From Dicyema japonicum (Eukaryota; Animalia; Dicyemida), in NCBI GenBank assembly GCA_011109175.1, contig RDEW01000012.1, positions 454,762-518,761 of the forward strand: a stretch of DNA of 64,000 nucleotides, read 5' to 3'. This document shows, piece after piece, positions 36,292 to 50,330 of the stretch (the stretch's first letter is position 1; the number at the start of each line of letters is the position of its first letter). The position numbers and the translations under genes are program-made. The notes under the pieces were generated by a model, which was given only the letters and a program-made list of their open reading frames with translations, did not search any database and was not told where the DNA came from.

Positions 36292-37812
36292 CAGTGTTTC
36301 TTAACCTTTTTTGACCGGGGGCCACTTTAGTTTGTTGAATTTTTCTGGGGACCACATGTAACAAAACAATTTAATAAAAAAAACTAACAAAATTAAAAAA
36401 ATCATAATATTTAGAGTTAGTGTGATTTTTGATCCTGCTTTTCAGAAACTAGCTGTTCAATTTTTGGTACAATGTTGGTAAATGCCATTCTCATATCGTC
36501 TTCCACCTTATGTCGGTTGCGAACTTTACTTTTCAGAATAACAAGGCATTGCCATTTCACGTAAATAAGTGGTTGGAATGGGAATTATCACTTCCAGTGC
36601 ATTTTTACTTAAGATTGGATATTCATTAATAACAGAATTCCATAATCGAAAGCGAATTAAATGTCAACTTGCAAAACTGCGAATTTCGCAATTCAATCAA
36701 TTGTTCTTGGAAATCAATTTCTTGGCCGTCGTAAATTAATTTATTGGTTTCCGGAATAAAAGGGTGTGTATTATCCAAGTCGTGTAACTGGGAAATAATC
36801 TCCAATTTTATTTTCAAGATTTTCGAGATGATCAATTATCAAAGAAAACCATTTTTCAGGTTCATTATCACCAATCTTATTTTCTACCATCGGAAACATT
36901 GAAGCGTTGTTATTTTCGTATTTTTCTCCTCCATAGTGACAATTTTTCTTTAAACGCAGACATTTTTTCCATTGCTTCAATGTTGGAAGCATTATTAATA
37001 ATAAATAAGCCTTTTCGCGAGAGCCATAGTATTTATACCTCCGCATAGGCAGGACACACACTTTATTTAAGTAAAGAACAGTTAATTTTAACTAATCGTA
37101 GAACCAAGGAATGATCTTCACTTCTTTTTTTCTTTTTCTTGTGTGAGTGTCCTTTCTAGACAATCCAGTTCCGCAGTGAGTATCCACTGATGACGGCGTC
37201 ACTCGTCAAACCCTTTCTGCATCGTAGATGCGTGGAACCTTCCACCAGGTGAACAGCAGCAAGATTCGAACCCGTAGCCTAAGCCAGTTAAGCCCGACAC
37301 CTAACCACTAAGCCACCCGGCTTAGCATTATTACCTTAACATAAATAATAAAAATACCTTGTAGTGATAAGTATAATTCATTAAATATGTCAGATACTAT
37401 AAGCATGAAAATATCGTTGTTAAATAAATCGGCAAATTCGGTCGACCCAATATTTCGTAAAAATAAACTAATGGCATTTGACAACTCGGAAACCCGTGAT
37501 AGTAATTTACCTCTTGATAACCATTTTGTGGGTGAGTTTTTTCCTTATGTCTTTTTAATTGTGACGGCTTCAAAAAAGTTGTTTCCCATTATGACGTCGC
37601 ATATCATACACTGCGATTTATCGACGTTGTCAGATCCAGTATATTGGGTAAATCCATATTGGACATAAGAATCAATCCATTTGCGAATAACCACTACAAT
37701 CAAATAACAAAAAAAACACGTGGAATAAAATTAATTAAATATTCTAATGCGAATAAATAATAAAAATTAATTGACCTAAAAATATTTCTGGAAACCACGT
37801 TAAGAAACACTG
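36292..37812 (-). mobile_element. Charlie-type hAT deletion derivative
   Basis: Perfect TIR CAGTGTTTCTTAAC / GTTAAGAAACACTG and perfect 8-bp TSD TTCTATAT (36284-36291, 37813-37820). Transposase C-terminal remnants PTTYL and RNR. Confidence 0.9.
36998..37323 (-). mobile_element. SINE family A, full-length tRNA-headed copy
   Basis: Head AGCCGGGTGGCTTAGTGG (A box) and GGTTCGAATC (B box), (ATT)n-like tail, 10-bp TSD AGCATTATTA (36988-36997, 37324-37333). Confidence 0.9.
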
Positions 37813-39149
37813 TTCTATATGGAAGAAATCCATAATTCTGCCAATTCGGAAGCCAAACAAACCTGCAAACGATCCCTCTTCTTATCGTCCAATTGCAATA
37901 CTATGTGCGATGTCCCGAATTTTAGAATAAATTAATATTAACACGAATCAAAGATATTGTACCAAATCGAGTATTCCAACATGGATTCCGTGAAAATTAT
38001 TCTACTACGACTCACTTAACAAAATTAACTCAATATATATCTGATGGATTTTCCTATCCAAAACCACATAAAAGGACCATAATGGCTTCAATAGACCTGA
38101 AGAAAGCATTCGACTCCGTGTCCCGGACGCTGCTTATAGAAAAAATTTCTAACATTCTTATAAATCCAAACATTAAAAAATGGCTGTCGAACTTTTTAAA
38201 TGAAGAAGAGAATAAGTGATGTCAGACAACAGAAAATCTAAATCCAGCTTATTGCCGAATGGTGTCCCTCAAGGTTCACCTCTCTCTCCTGCTCTTCCCA
38301 CCAATGACGATCCCGATACATTGATACTCTCATACGCAGATGACATTGTTCTTGCGACGAGAGACTCTAACTATGAGAAGGCATAGATGAAACTTCAAAG
38401 TTATATTGGTATGTTAGAACATTGGCTCATATCAAATCGACTGGAAGTTTCTACAGGAAAGTCGTTTATAACAATTTTTTCTACATATAGAAGATCATTA
38501 TACTCTCCCAAAATCAAATTGTTTGGATTGAAATTCCTATAAATAAGTCTCCAACAATACTAGGATTTATTGAAAATTTTCTACAAATAATTTACAGACA
38601 ATACATACTGCCAGTAATCGAATATGCATGTCCTTCCTGGAGCTCGATGATATCTGAATCGTCGTCTCAAAAATTAGAAGCCGCACAACTTGCTGCCTTG
38701 AAAATAATAAATAAGAAACTGTGGATAACGTATTGAATGTTAAAGAACACCTATGGTGGATAGTGAAGTCATTTCTATAATGGGCAATGAAAAACGACTG
38801 TCCGCTTTCACTCTCTATGACTATCTAGAAAATGCGGGAAATCTATGGAGAATGAGACCGTCCCCATTTCTACCAATTTTGTTGGATTTTCGAGGACCCC
38901 GAACGAGAGCCAGAACTCGGAAAACCAGGATTACTTAGTTAGTAGTTAACTTTTACTAATCCTGTGATCTTGGGGTAAAAAAGCATGGATTTCACATCAC
39001 ATTCATCGCAAGACATTGGAATCAATACTCTATTATATATACAGATTCGACGGAAGCGTATTATTACTTAAATACTTATTTGAACATATATACTTAGGCA
39101 TAACTAAGTTGTTAGATGTATACACCTGCATTTATGTAGAATGTATGGC

Positions 39150-39785
39150 ATCAAGAAGTCTAAAAACATATTCAGTTCGATCAATTGGTGTGACTCAGAG
39201 GGTGGAAATCCGAGTAGACACTTTCATCATGACTGACACTTAAGTTCAACACAATAAGTCAGAATTTTCGTGACAAATTGAAGAATGAGATTGTGATAAT
39301 ACAAGTAGGACTCACCTACAAGAAGCACTCAAGCATACAAAAGTGGAAAAGCTGCTCAAGTATGACTTGCTAGCTGTAGAATGTTATAGGATGCTCCTGT
39401 GGAAATTATTGGTTTTGACATGGGACGGGATTATCTCCACGTGCTACAGAAATCATTTGAGAGCTTTCTCGATTGATACAAGACCGTACATTCAGTCGTT
39501 GATTTTGAAGAAAACCTTAGAAAGTATTATTGTCGAGCACAAACATGGAGTCAAAACACCAATTGACGAAATCTTTTACGCGGCAAGGCGACTGGAAGAG
39601 CGTACAACTCAATCAAACAGAGAGCTCATCTTTGCCCGGTGTTCTTCCTTCGTGCCCGCGCAAGAACGTACAGGACAGCTGCCCGAATTTTCAGGGCCAC
39701 CTTTCAGTGATCTGGAGTCTAGTCTCAAAAGGGCCTCCAGAGACGTAGGTCCGGTTCAGTGATCTTCACAAATCTAACGCTCTAT
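39150..39785 (+). mobile_element. 3' part of an RLE-type LINE (R4/NeSL/HERO-like) with 3' UTR
   Basis: IVI.QVGLT..K..KYDLLA..TWDGII..IQSLILKKTLE restriction-like endonuclease pattern. The 3' UTR recurs at 62720-62890. Confidence 0.65.
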
Positions 39786-39789
39786 TACT

Positions 39790-40296
39790 CTGTAAGCCCT
39801 TTTTTGCATATCCTCAATTTTCTTCATATTTGTCCAATATATGGACGGTCCCCACGAGGCGCATGCATATGAAGAAACATGGCTCGATGTACTGTTTGTA
39901 CACGTTCATCAAGACTGGGTGAGTACAACTCTTCCATATTCCCGATAAACTTTTCAATACGTTCAGTTTCTTTTCGCATTTCGATAGAATGTGCTCTAAG
40001 TTTGGTGTTAAGCAGAGATGCATATCAATCGTCACACCCTAGATCCTTTGACATCTGTTGAAGGGGATGCCGACCTTGTTTAACTTCAGGGTAACTGTCT
40101 TCCTTCCCAATCTTTTGTCAGAGGTAAATAGTGACGTAGACGACTTTTCTGCATTCACCACGAGCCGGTTTTCCATTATCCATGCATTAAGCCCGTCAAG
40201 GTTAATTTGTATTTTTTCTGTGGCCTTCTGGATGTCCTGATCTCGCGAATCCAACACAATATCATCCGCATAGGAAAGTAGAACATCAATAATCAA
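39790..40296 (-). mobile_element. Jockey/I-like RT fragment
   Basis: LSYADDIVL, NRLVVNAEKS and NVYKQYIEP motifs. Confidence 0.75.
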
Positions 40297-40419
40297 TGAT
40301 GATAATAACCTTTTTCACAATAATTAATTGAATAAAAATGTAAACGTGAAAAATATAAGCTTTACTTAAATTATTCATAATAATTTGATTTGATTTTTGT
40401 TTTAAATTAATTTCAGGTA

Positions 40420-40710
40420 ATTTAAGTGGTATCAGTTTCTGTTTGTTCGGCTGTTCCTCCTCTCTCTTACTATTAGAGCGGCGTCATGTGATCCACCTGT
40501 CTAGGTGGCGCCCAGTGCCAGGCCGGCATGAAAAAGGATCATTTGCTCTCCCCCACTCCACTGGAGGGGTTTCCACAACTGCATGCAATGGACGTCTTAC
40601 CTTTTATGCTGATTCCGGATGGACTCTGTAGAAGTGGAAACTGGATACACTTAATTAGTTGTTTACTTTAACTTCTTTCTCGGTGTATTCGGGGTTAATA
40701 AAATAAATAA
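40420..40710 (+). mobile_element. Short retroposon family B copy, 5'-truncated
   Basis: High similarity to the other B copies, ending CTCGGTGTATTCGGGGTTAATAAAATAAAT. Confidence 0.85.
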
Positions 40711-40889
40711 TCAATTCGGCTAGCTGCATTCAGTAGGATAACCAATGATACTAAGAAATTTTTGGAAAAGCCCAGCACTCTCTGCTAGACGCTTGATCCG
40801 GCCTCTTACATATTAGTGAGGTGGAGGTAAAAACTGTCTAAAATTGGTTACCCCTTTGATCTTAGACGATTTTATGTCTTAAATTAATT

Positions 40890-41020
40890 GGCTTGACGAG
40901 TGACGCCGTATCAGTGAACATACCACTGCGGAACCGGATTGTCTATAAAGGACTCACGCAAAAAAAAGAAAAATGAAGTGAAGAGCATTCCTTGGTTCTC
41001 CCTCTACGATTAGTTAGCAT
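40890..41020 (+). mobile_element. SINE family A core fragment
   Basis: TTGACGAGTGACGCCGT..CACTGCGGAACCGGATTGTCTA..TTCCTTGGTTCTCC. Confidence 0.75.
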
Positions 41021-41034
41021 AACCATTTATTCAA

Positions 41035-41375
41035 GTTCTTCCATTGACTTTTTAAGTTTTATACGGTTCATCTTCTACTGACGATTTTGTTGGGAGTTGG
41101 AGAATCATTTTGATCAACTGATTAGAGCACAAGGAGAACGATTTTCCAATCCTGTACAGATATGAAGTGATGACCACAACTTAGGCATGTCAAGTAGAAA
41201 CAAACTTCTTGAAGCTTCTCTCCCGTCAACAGTAAGTGGAATACGCTCCAGAAGGTTTTCAAACTACACACATGTGTAGTGAGCTGACCCAACTTATTTT
41301 CCCTACCAAACAACTACCAAATAGTTTGCTTGGTAGTGACTATAGGACGAGCCCCAAGATACCGTTCCCAGATCT
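41035..41375 (-). CDS. Possible BRCT-like coding segment
   Basis: With introns 41314-41340 (27 nt) and 41118-41139 (22 nt) it reads ERYLGARPILFG..LTTHVCS..YLTCLSCGHHFISVQDW..VEDEPYKL, a loose BRCT pattern. Confidence 0.3.
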
Positions 41376-41381
41376 CTTTAA

Positions 41382-41705
41382 TGGCATAGTGGTTACGGGT
41401 GGCATAGTGGTTAGGTGTCGGGCTAAAGTGACATAGGTTATGGGTTCAACTCTCGCTGCTGTTTACCTGGTGGAAGGTTCCACGCATCTACGATGCTAAT
41501 AGGGTTTGACGAGTGACGCCGTCATCAGTGGATACTCACTGCGAACTGGATTGTCTAGAAAGGACCCACACACAAGAAAAAAAGAAATGAAGATCATTCC
41601 TTGGTTAGTTAAAATTAACTGTTCTTTACTTAAATAAAGTGTGTGTCCTGCCTATGCGGAGCTAATACCACGGCTCCGTGAAAAAGGCTGTTATTATTAT
41701 TATTA
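41382..41705 (+). mobile_element. SINE family A, full-length copy with duplicated A-box segment
   Basis: GGCATAGTGGTTA occurs twice at the 5' end, followed by B box GGTTCAACTC, the core and an (ATT)n tail. Confidence 0.9.
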
Positions 41706-41759
41706 AATCCAATTGAACATCAACGGACTTTCAAAAAATGTACTGATTTGAGTAAGTTT

Positions 41760-42130
41760 TGCAAAATCATTATGGGCACTGTCCTTATCCAAGAAACTAA
41801 ACTTACACCTAAATCCAAGACTCCTCATTTCAAGAACTATTCTGTATTACGTTCCGACCCGCCTTTAGCTCAGCTAGTGGTGGTTTATTTATTTTTGTAC
41901 ACATTTCTATTCCTTTTGCTGATTCTTAAAATTTTATTAAATCTCTCATATCTAAGGATCCTCATATTGAAATTTCATCTATCCGAGGACTATCCTCTAA
42001 CAAACCTGATAAATGCAATCCTGTTTTACATACTCATTGTGATATACGTTCAGGTCATTCTAATACTTCTATCGCTCTCGAAAGATATTTTTTGTGATCT
42101 CCCGAATTTGAATTTGAAAGAATAAGTTAA
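41760..42130 (+). mobile_element. LINE AP-endonuclease relic
   Basis: VLIQETKLTPKSKTPHFKNYSVLRSD. Confidence 0.6.
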
Positions 42131-42260
42131 TTCACCAGGTTGTCCCTGTAGTCTTCACTTGGGATAGTGACATCTTACTGTTAAGAATATAAAAGCACAG
42201 TGAATATAAGCGAGAGGATGTATGCTTGTATTTAACCATTAAAGAAGACCATGAAAGTAT

Positions 42261-42500
42261 GAGGCAGGACACACTTTGTTGGAGTAAAGAACAGTTATAC
42301 CACTAATCGTGGAAAGGGAGGAGGGAACCTGTTCTTTAATTAATTTTTTCATTTAGCTGTGTGTGAGTCCATTGCAGACGATCCGGTTCCGCGTTGAAGA
42401 ATTCACTGATGACGTTGTAACTTGTCATATACAAAGCATCGTGGATGCGTGGAACCTTCAGCTGGAACTTAGAGCAGTGAGATTCGAACCCGGGACCATA
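42261..42500 (-). mobile_element. SINE family A copy, diverged
   Basis: GCAGGACACACTTT tail, core GCATCGTGGATGCGTGGAACCTTC and GAGATTCGAACCCG. Confidence 0.8.
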
Positions 42501-42659
42501 AGGAAATTGTCTGGCTATTATATTTACACAATTACTATATCAACAAAGCTTTGACCAGACATCGAGACACGCTCTGAGCAGAAAAATTCTTGCTACAAGT
42601 ATCCCATCCCCTTTGAAAATATGACTACTCCCTTTCCTCTCTGACGCCTTGGATGTTTC

Positions 42660-43480
42660 TTTATTATGTCAACCTACTCTCATTATCGATACCTTCCAAA
42701 CGGCATTCCTCAAGGTTCTATCTCCAGCCTTGTAAACACACTTCTCTCTTATATCGTTGATATCATAATTTCCTCTCGCCACTACTACGTAACTGTTGCT
42801 TCTATGGTCCTGCAAGAACATACTTACATAATTTCTTCTTGGATGGACCATCATCTCTTCTAGCGAAAAGTCATCAATAACGTTATTCACTATAGACCGT
42901 CGTCAATTAAAGTTGGAACCAACGTTATTACTAAAAAACACTCTCTTTCCTGTGATTAAAACCTTAAAATATTTGATATTTCTTTGTCATTTTTGAAACA
43001 TGTTTCATATGAATTCGAAAAATCTCAGAATGAGCTTAACTGACTCCGAGCCGTGGCGGGTACGTCAATGGCAAGAGCAAAAAGAGCTTAACGATTATCC
43101 AGACAATTTATCAGAACAACGATTAACAAACCTGGGGTCCTGTTTATACTAACAAACGTCGAAAAAAATACAATTGACTTAAAACTCTGCCCTAATTACT
43201 GTCTAAAAACCACACCAAATGACCACCTACACTGGGAATCGAAAATTCACCCAACCAGGGACCATTTCCAGATGCTCAGTCTACAATTCTTTGACAAATA
43301 TAAAACTCTGTATATCCAGCTCACTGCCTTTGGATCTCCACTAACAAAAGGAATCATTCCTACTCTCGGTGATAATTCGGATTCTAAAAACTATCAAAGA
43401 GACTGAACCCTCTCAGTCCCGACCGAAAACAACCGATGATATCCTCTAAAGCCATCAGAAGCTTTGCATAAACAAGCTTA
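42660..43480 (+). mobile_element. Jockey/I-like RT relic
   Basis: LPNGIPQGSISS and further degenerate RT C-terminal similarity. Confidence 0.55.
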
Positions 43481-43596
43481 TAAGCATATTCAACCTAAGT
43501 AGTAATATATTGAACGTGTCGAGGAAAACAATTATTAGAAATAAGACTATTAGAACAAATTTAATTAACGAGTAGTGTTAGTAAAATTAAGGGCAA

Positions 43597-45119
<1,523 letters not shown>

Positions 45120-45271
45120 GACAATAAGAATGCCTTTATGATTAATTTATTATTATTTTAAAGATAATTTAGTTTTTAATAATTTTATGTATTTTAAATA
45201 TTTCTATTTCTCAATATCTGTATTAAGAACAGTACTTATGTGACTGGACTCCAGAATGCAGGAATGGAATC

Positions 45272-45570
45272 GAGCCGCGTGGCGCCATGTGGTGCTGCGT
45301 GGTTAATTGGTTGAAGTTTTCTGCTTGCTTGTCTATTCCTCCTCTCTCTCCCTATTAGAGTGGCGTCATGTGATCCACCTGTCTAGGTGACGCCCAGTGC
45401 TCTTCCCCATTCCACTGGAGGGGTTTCCACAACTGCATGCAATGGACGTCTTACCTTTTATGCTGATTCCGGATGGACTCTGTAGAAGTGGAAACTGGAT
45501 ACACTTAATTAGTTGTTTACTTTAACTTTATTCTCGTTGTATCCGGGGTTAATAAATAAATTAAATAAAT
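45272..45570 (+). mobile_element. Short retroposon family B, near full-length copy
   Basis: Starts GAGCCGCGTGG and ends in a (TAAA)n tail. Flanking near-repeat AATGCAGGAATG (45255-45266) / AATGCGGGAATG (45568-45579). Confidence 0.85.
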
Positions 45571-46184
45571 GCGGGAATGCGGCCCAGTAAATTCAGTCAG
45601 CCACCAAGTATGTTCATGCGCGGGCACGCAGGATCACCTGATAATTAGTTTGGTTTTACCGTGGTCTTGAGATTTTAAATAAATTAAAACCACTACGGCA
45701 CATTCTCTTATCGGTCAACTGGGGAGTTATCCGCATGAGTCTTTTTTGGAAATAATGACAAATCACATTTATTCCGCAATGTCTATCTTTGTATGACAAA
45801 CACAACTTATCGTCAGGGATCCATCGCTTAAAGAATCATCTGAAGAACATTCTAAGTTTTCGTTAGACTCGAAACCTCTCTCTGGATAAAGAACCCAAAT
45901 GGAGAAACTTGTGCATTTTTTTCTTTAGACATGACTGAAACTTTTCTCTGTCATTATTTTGAATTGTGCTTTTAAAAGTCCTCAATTATAATGACTGTGA
46001 TAATGTACGGTTTACTAATGGAAGAAAATTTTGTTTCCATGGAAGTCAGTTTCCAGGCATCTGCTCTATTTAGGGATTAGTTCAGCTGATTTAGGGATAT
46101 TTATTTTGGACTTGTGTGCTGACGTGGAACATGACTCTGGTATATTTCGGAGGATGATTAGTATTTGCCGTGATAGCACTGTTA

Positions 46185-46880
46185 TTATTATTATTATTAT
46201 TACCCCCAGGATCACTGGGTCAAAGAGAAAGATATAACTAAGTGATCCCATACCGACAAAGGTGAGGACGAGTCCGGCGGGGTCGAGAATCCTGAACAGC
46301 TCTTCTCATTCTGTTCATCAATAATCATAAAGGGAGAGAAAATATAATCTAACTTTTTATTCTTTTTTTAATATATTAAATAAACTTTAAAAATTAAAAA
46401 TATATTTAAAAGTTCATCCAATTTCCTCGACCTATGAATATACCAAGCAAATTAGTTTAGTAACCCTGGCCTCATTACCTGAGCCCAGCCTGCTAAAGCC
46501 GAAATATCGAAAAAGAAGTAGAATGATTTACCTGATTGAGTGATGTTTAACAAAAAAACATAGACAAACATTATCCAATTAAAATTTTAGATTCTTTTTT
46601 GCTCCGCCAGTCAGTGGGGAATAGGGTGCATATTGACTTGGTGATAATATTAAAAGATGATTGGATATCAACCACTCATGAACAGTTGGGCGTTGATGGT
46701 TGCGAGAAATGCAGAACGATTACTCGCCTAATAATTAACTCATCCACTTAACAGAAGATAATCGTTGTCATCGGCCGTAGGTCTGGTAGGAACAGGTTAA
46801 AGAGGGCTGGGGAGAACTAAAAGACCTGGAGTATTATGTTTGCCAGTAATCTCGATCTTGATCTGAGGTTGTCGTAACAA
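46185..46880 (-). mobile_element. Jockey/I-like LINE relics (3' end plus RT fragment)
   Basis: The reverse strand gives GTGATCCTGGGGGT(AAT)n at 46185-46220 and SPALFNLFLPDL at about 46770-46830. Confidence 0.5.
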
Positions 46881-48239
46881 ACTCTTTCACCTAGTTTTGA
46901 GATAAAATTCTAAGTCAAGGTGTAATAAATTGCTTAATGAGCACGTTCGTGTGTATATGGAATTTTTTCTTAAACTGCTTCCCAGTTCCATTTTCATGTT
47001 CGAGCTTAAATTTAATTTGCTTCTGCGTCTTCCAGAAAGTGCAGCACTGGGTTCTCCTATTGATGGGGCTGTCATCTCTGGTTTTGATGTTTCTTTATAG
47101 TCTGATGTTTCTGTAAGCATTCTGACAGCCAGGTTATTCGAGTCATAAATATAAATCGTTTTAATAGGTTTTCTGTCTTGTCTGATGGGTCAGGTGTGTA
47201 TGTGTTGAAAGGCGTGAATTTTGTATGAGCTGAGAATACATTTCCTGTCAAGAACTCCGTTGGAGGACTACGTTTAATATTCTCCCAGCCTTATCCATTG
47301 AATTCGGTTCTGATGACTATTACAGCTTATTCGAATGCCAAAGAACTTGTGAAGCGCTGACCAATCCATTTTTTTGAATCTCTTCGCTTCCAATCTGGTC
47401 GTTTGGTGGAGTCTTAAAAGGATTGGATTATGGTTTTTTAAAAACCGTAACGCAGCTTTATTTTGATATGTTCAGTAAAAGAGTTTCAACGAACTAATTT
47501 CTGTGAAATAGGCAGTAGGTTTTTTTTATAATAAACATTCAACACGGTCTCTCTCGCAGTCTTCGCGAATCACAATGCAGCCGGAGAAAGTAGGTTTTGG
47601 TTCGTGAAGAGAGGCTTAGACTTTGGTATGTGCATGATCAATGTAGTCTTGTGATAGAAGAAGCTCTAAGTTTGAAGATTTCCTTCTAAAATTTAGTTGT
47701 AACTATCAATTAATATATTATTTGAAATTCTTGTGTTTAATAACAATATAATATGGGGGGATATAGGGAATGCCGCGTCGGTTCGCTGAGAGAAATATCG
47801 GGAAATGTTGAGGTCGATACTTAGACAGATTGGGATCGCCTGGTAGCCTTCCCGCAGTAATACGCATGGGCGAATAGTAACCGACACTACGTTTTTGATT
47901 AGATAACCATATTTGGCAGAAATTTTTGAGGTTACTTAAATTGTGATAAATGTTTTCTTTTTAGGTTCCGTCCCTTTTTTATAATTATTGTGGCATCACT
48001 TGATCCACTCAGGATTCCATAAAAAAATGATCTTAGTCTCCCCTAATATCACTTCTTGGATAAGTACTCTGTTTTGAATAGACTTTTGTGTGCCTGAATT
48101 GATTTGGCTTCTCGATTCTACAATCATGGAAACTGAATACACTTTATTAGTCTCTGTTAATCTTTTCTTGGCATATTCCCTAAAAAGGAGACAACCAAAA
48201 AGAGGGATAACTGAGCACATTTCACACAAATTGTAATAG

Positions 48240-49600
48240 TGAACACACTCTTACTAGACTACAATAATGTTTGTCCATAATGGACTTTGGTCATGCATAA
48301 ACATTTGCAGACCAATGATTTAACAACATCAACCACTTTTTTTCGCGAGCTAGCTCCCATAGCCAATTTAAGTCTTGTCCCAAAACCATCATTGGTCGTT
48401 TACGGAATCGGGTAGCGTTGGAAGATAACATTTTTCCAATTTTGACGTAAAGAATCTGATAATAAAAAGTATGAATTTCGTTCGATTGAATTAAAGGCTT
48501 TTGGTATATAAATTCTTAGAATTGTTGTCGCTGTTTTTAATCTTTCGGACATCTCCATTTATGACTCTATACATGGATGTTGATCCTTCGAGGGTGGTAT
48601 TGTTATTAGTACGTGAACTATGCCACGTGTCAACAACGTTAATGTGGCGCTACGTGGCTACTTGAATTTAAGATTTTTGTTTGTTTTTTTCTGTTCCTCC
48701 ACTTCGTTTTTGGTTCCGGAGAGCTTGAACTGTTAGTGTGCGTCATGTGGTTCACCATCTCTGGTGGCGCGAGATATAATCCTAAATTCGTAAGGCTAAT
48801 GTTATTCGTAAGGCTAATGTTGAAAAAGAAATTTCAATTTACTCATTTGAGGTGCTCATATGGTTTCGCAGATAAAAAATTGAAACAATTGTATTCAAAT
48901 TTTAATTTTTATGGAATGTTTTGAGTTTAAGGGCAGCTTTTCGGTTGCCATAGTAATAAGTTAAAGTATTAAAAATTAATGATTGTGACACTGATTAACA
49001 TTATAAGACATTAGAGTTTCTCAACCTTTTTACAGGGTTCTCCGATTTGTTTAATAACTTTGTCAGAATGTTCAATAAAATTTGCATAATGTTTAATAAA
49101 AAGTTAAATTTTCACTAAAGACAATTTGTTTGCGGTTAATAAAAATAGATAATTTTGTATAGTATCGATGAGACATGCATCGATTCACAAAAACGATCAA
49201 TTAAAAATTGTTAAATTCGGAACTGGTATCCAATAAATTTTTTAACATATACAGTTGTGAATTGTATTTTTGCTTCATACACTTTAATATAATTGAGGAA
49301 TTTTTTTCGTTTGGAAAATAGTATCGAAAAGAAAAATTGAATGAACTTTGAGGAATTGAAAAATACAATCCAAAACGTCGGAGAAATTCTAGCAGATGGT
49401 TACAACTTAACATTTTTATTAAAGACCGAGACATAGCGATAGTTATGGGAAATTACGTTTTATTAAAAATCCTGCTGTGAGGACTGGATTCTTTCGCAGT
49501 TTTACCCATTCTAGCTTCAAAATCTAGTCTGAACGTTACTTCATTTTGATTCAACAAAATTAAAGCATTAGCTAATGAAGAGTTTTAATTTAATGTTTTT
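48240..49600 (-). mobile_element. Possible pogo/Tigger relic
   Basis: DFEA..G and HLLEFLRRFGL (CENP-B HTH-like) plus LSSNAT (LPPNTT-like). Highly decayed. Confidence 0.35.
48642..48772 (+). mobile_element. Diverged 5' part of retroposon family B
   Basis: ATGTGGCGCTACGTGGCTA..CTGTTCCTCC..GCGTCATGTGGTTCACCATCTCTGGTGG. Confidence 0.5.
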
Positions 49601-49959
49601 TCTGTTAATTATAAAAATAGTTTTTTTTTATTAAACATCGTGCAATTTGAAAAATTATGTGATTCATTGACGTGAATAATAATAATTGCAAAAATGCCTT
49701 TTAACAACGTAAACGAGTTAAAAGAGATAAAAAATTTATTTTCACAAAAAAAGTGAATTGACATTTTAACCATAAAACTTTTGGTTGAGGTGGTGACGTC
49801 CCTCTTTTGCATTCATGTCGAATACGTGTTTTAATTATGCTTATTAGTTTTCTACCCTAACCTTCAACGGCACAGGCCTGGTCGAAGAGGCACCAAATAT
49901 ATCTTGAGAAGTATCAATGTTCAGTCTGCTGTTTCCAACAAACGAAAGTCAGATGAGGA

Positions 49960-50330
49960 CTTGACGAACGTTCTGGAAACTATATATTAATCCTACTCCC
50001 ATCAGACTGCAAATTCTATGGACAGAGTTTCGCTGTGCACAAGATTTACTTTCCGTATTACTAACACCAGTCCAGAAGGAACCGGACCTGTTGAAAACTT
50101 ACGTCCTGTAATTCTCATAAACACTCTGCGGAAGATCCTTGCCCTGATCGTACTTTATAAAGAACCAGTGGAAGGGTACCTGACTCAAACCAGAGTGGGT
50201 TCAGGACTGGGAAATCAACAGCTGATGTAGTATGATGCCATAGATGGCATTGTGCTATTCAACAAAAATTCCAAAGTTCAAGAATTATTATTTGAAGTGA
50301 TCTCACCTGATCTTTCACTATCCTTCGAGG
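49960..50330 (+). mobile_element. RTE RT fragment
   Basis: GPVENLRPVILINTLRKIL and GKSTADV motifs. Confidence 0.65.

Larger units (their letters stand above)
35270..38970 (+). mobile_element. Jockey/I-like LINE (EN relic plus RT) split by a hAT insertion
   Basis: SPDLSL..SDHNPI (EN). IPSIWKKSIILPIRKP..SYRPI is continuous across the insertion, followed by DLKKAFD, GVPQGS and YADD. Ends GTGATCTTGGGGTAAAA. Confidence 0.85.

Noticed and set aside
37180-37215. CTGATGA hammerhead-like core within SINE A
   Set aside because: It is antisense to the Pol III direction, and there is no GAAA/CGAAA or cleavage triplet in the right geometry.
40515-40535. GGCCGGCATG in family B, identical to the start of the HDV genomic ribozyme
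   Set aside because: No downstream P1 complement or P3/L3 motif, and it is not conserved in all copies.
41382-41460. tRNA gene calls at SINE A heads
   Set aside because: A and B boxes are present, but there is no closed acceptor stem, and the heads run into a repeated body and tail, so they are SINE heads.
48787-48822. 18-bp tandem duplication TTCGTAAGGCTAATGTT
   Set aside because: Two copies only, consistent with ordinary slippage.
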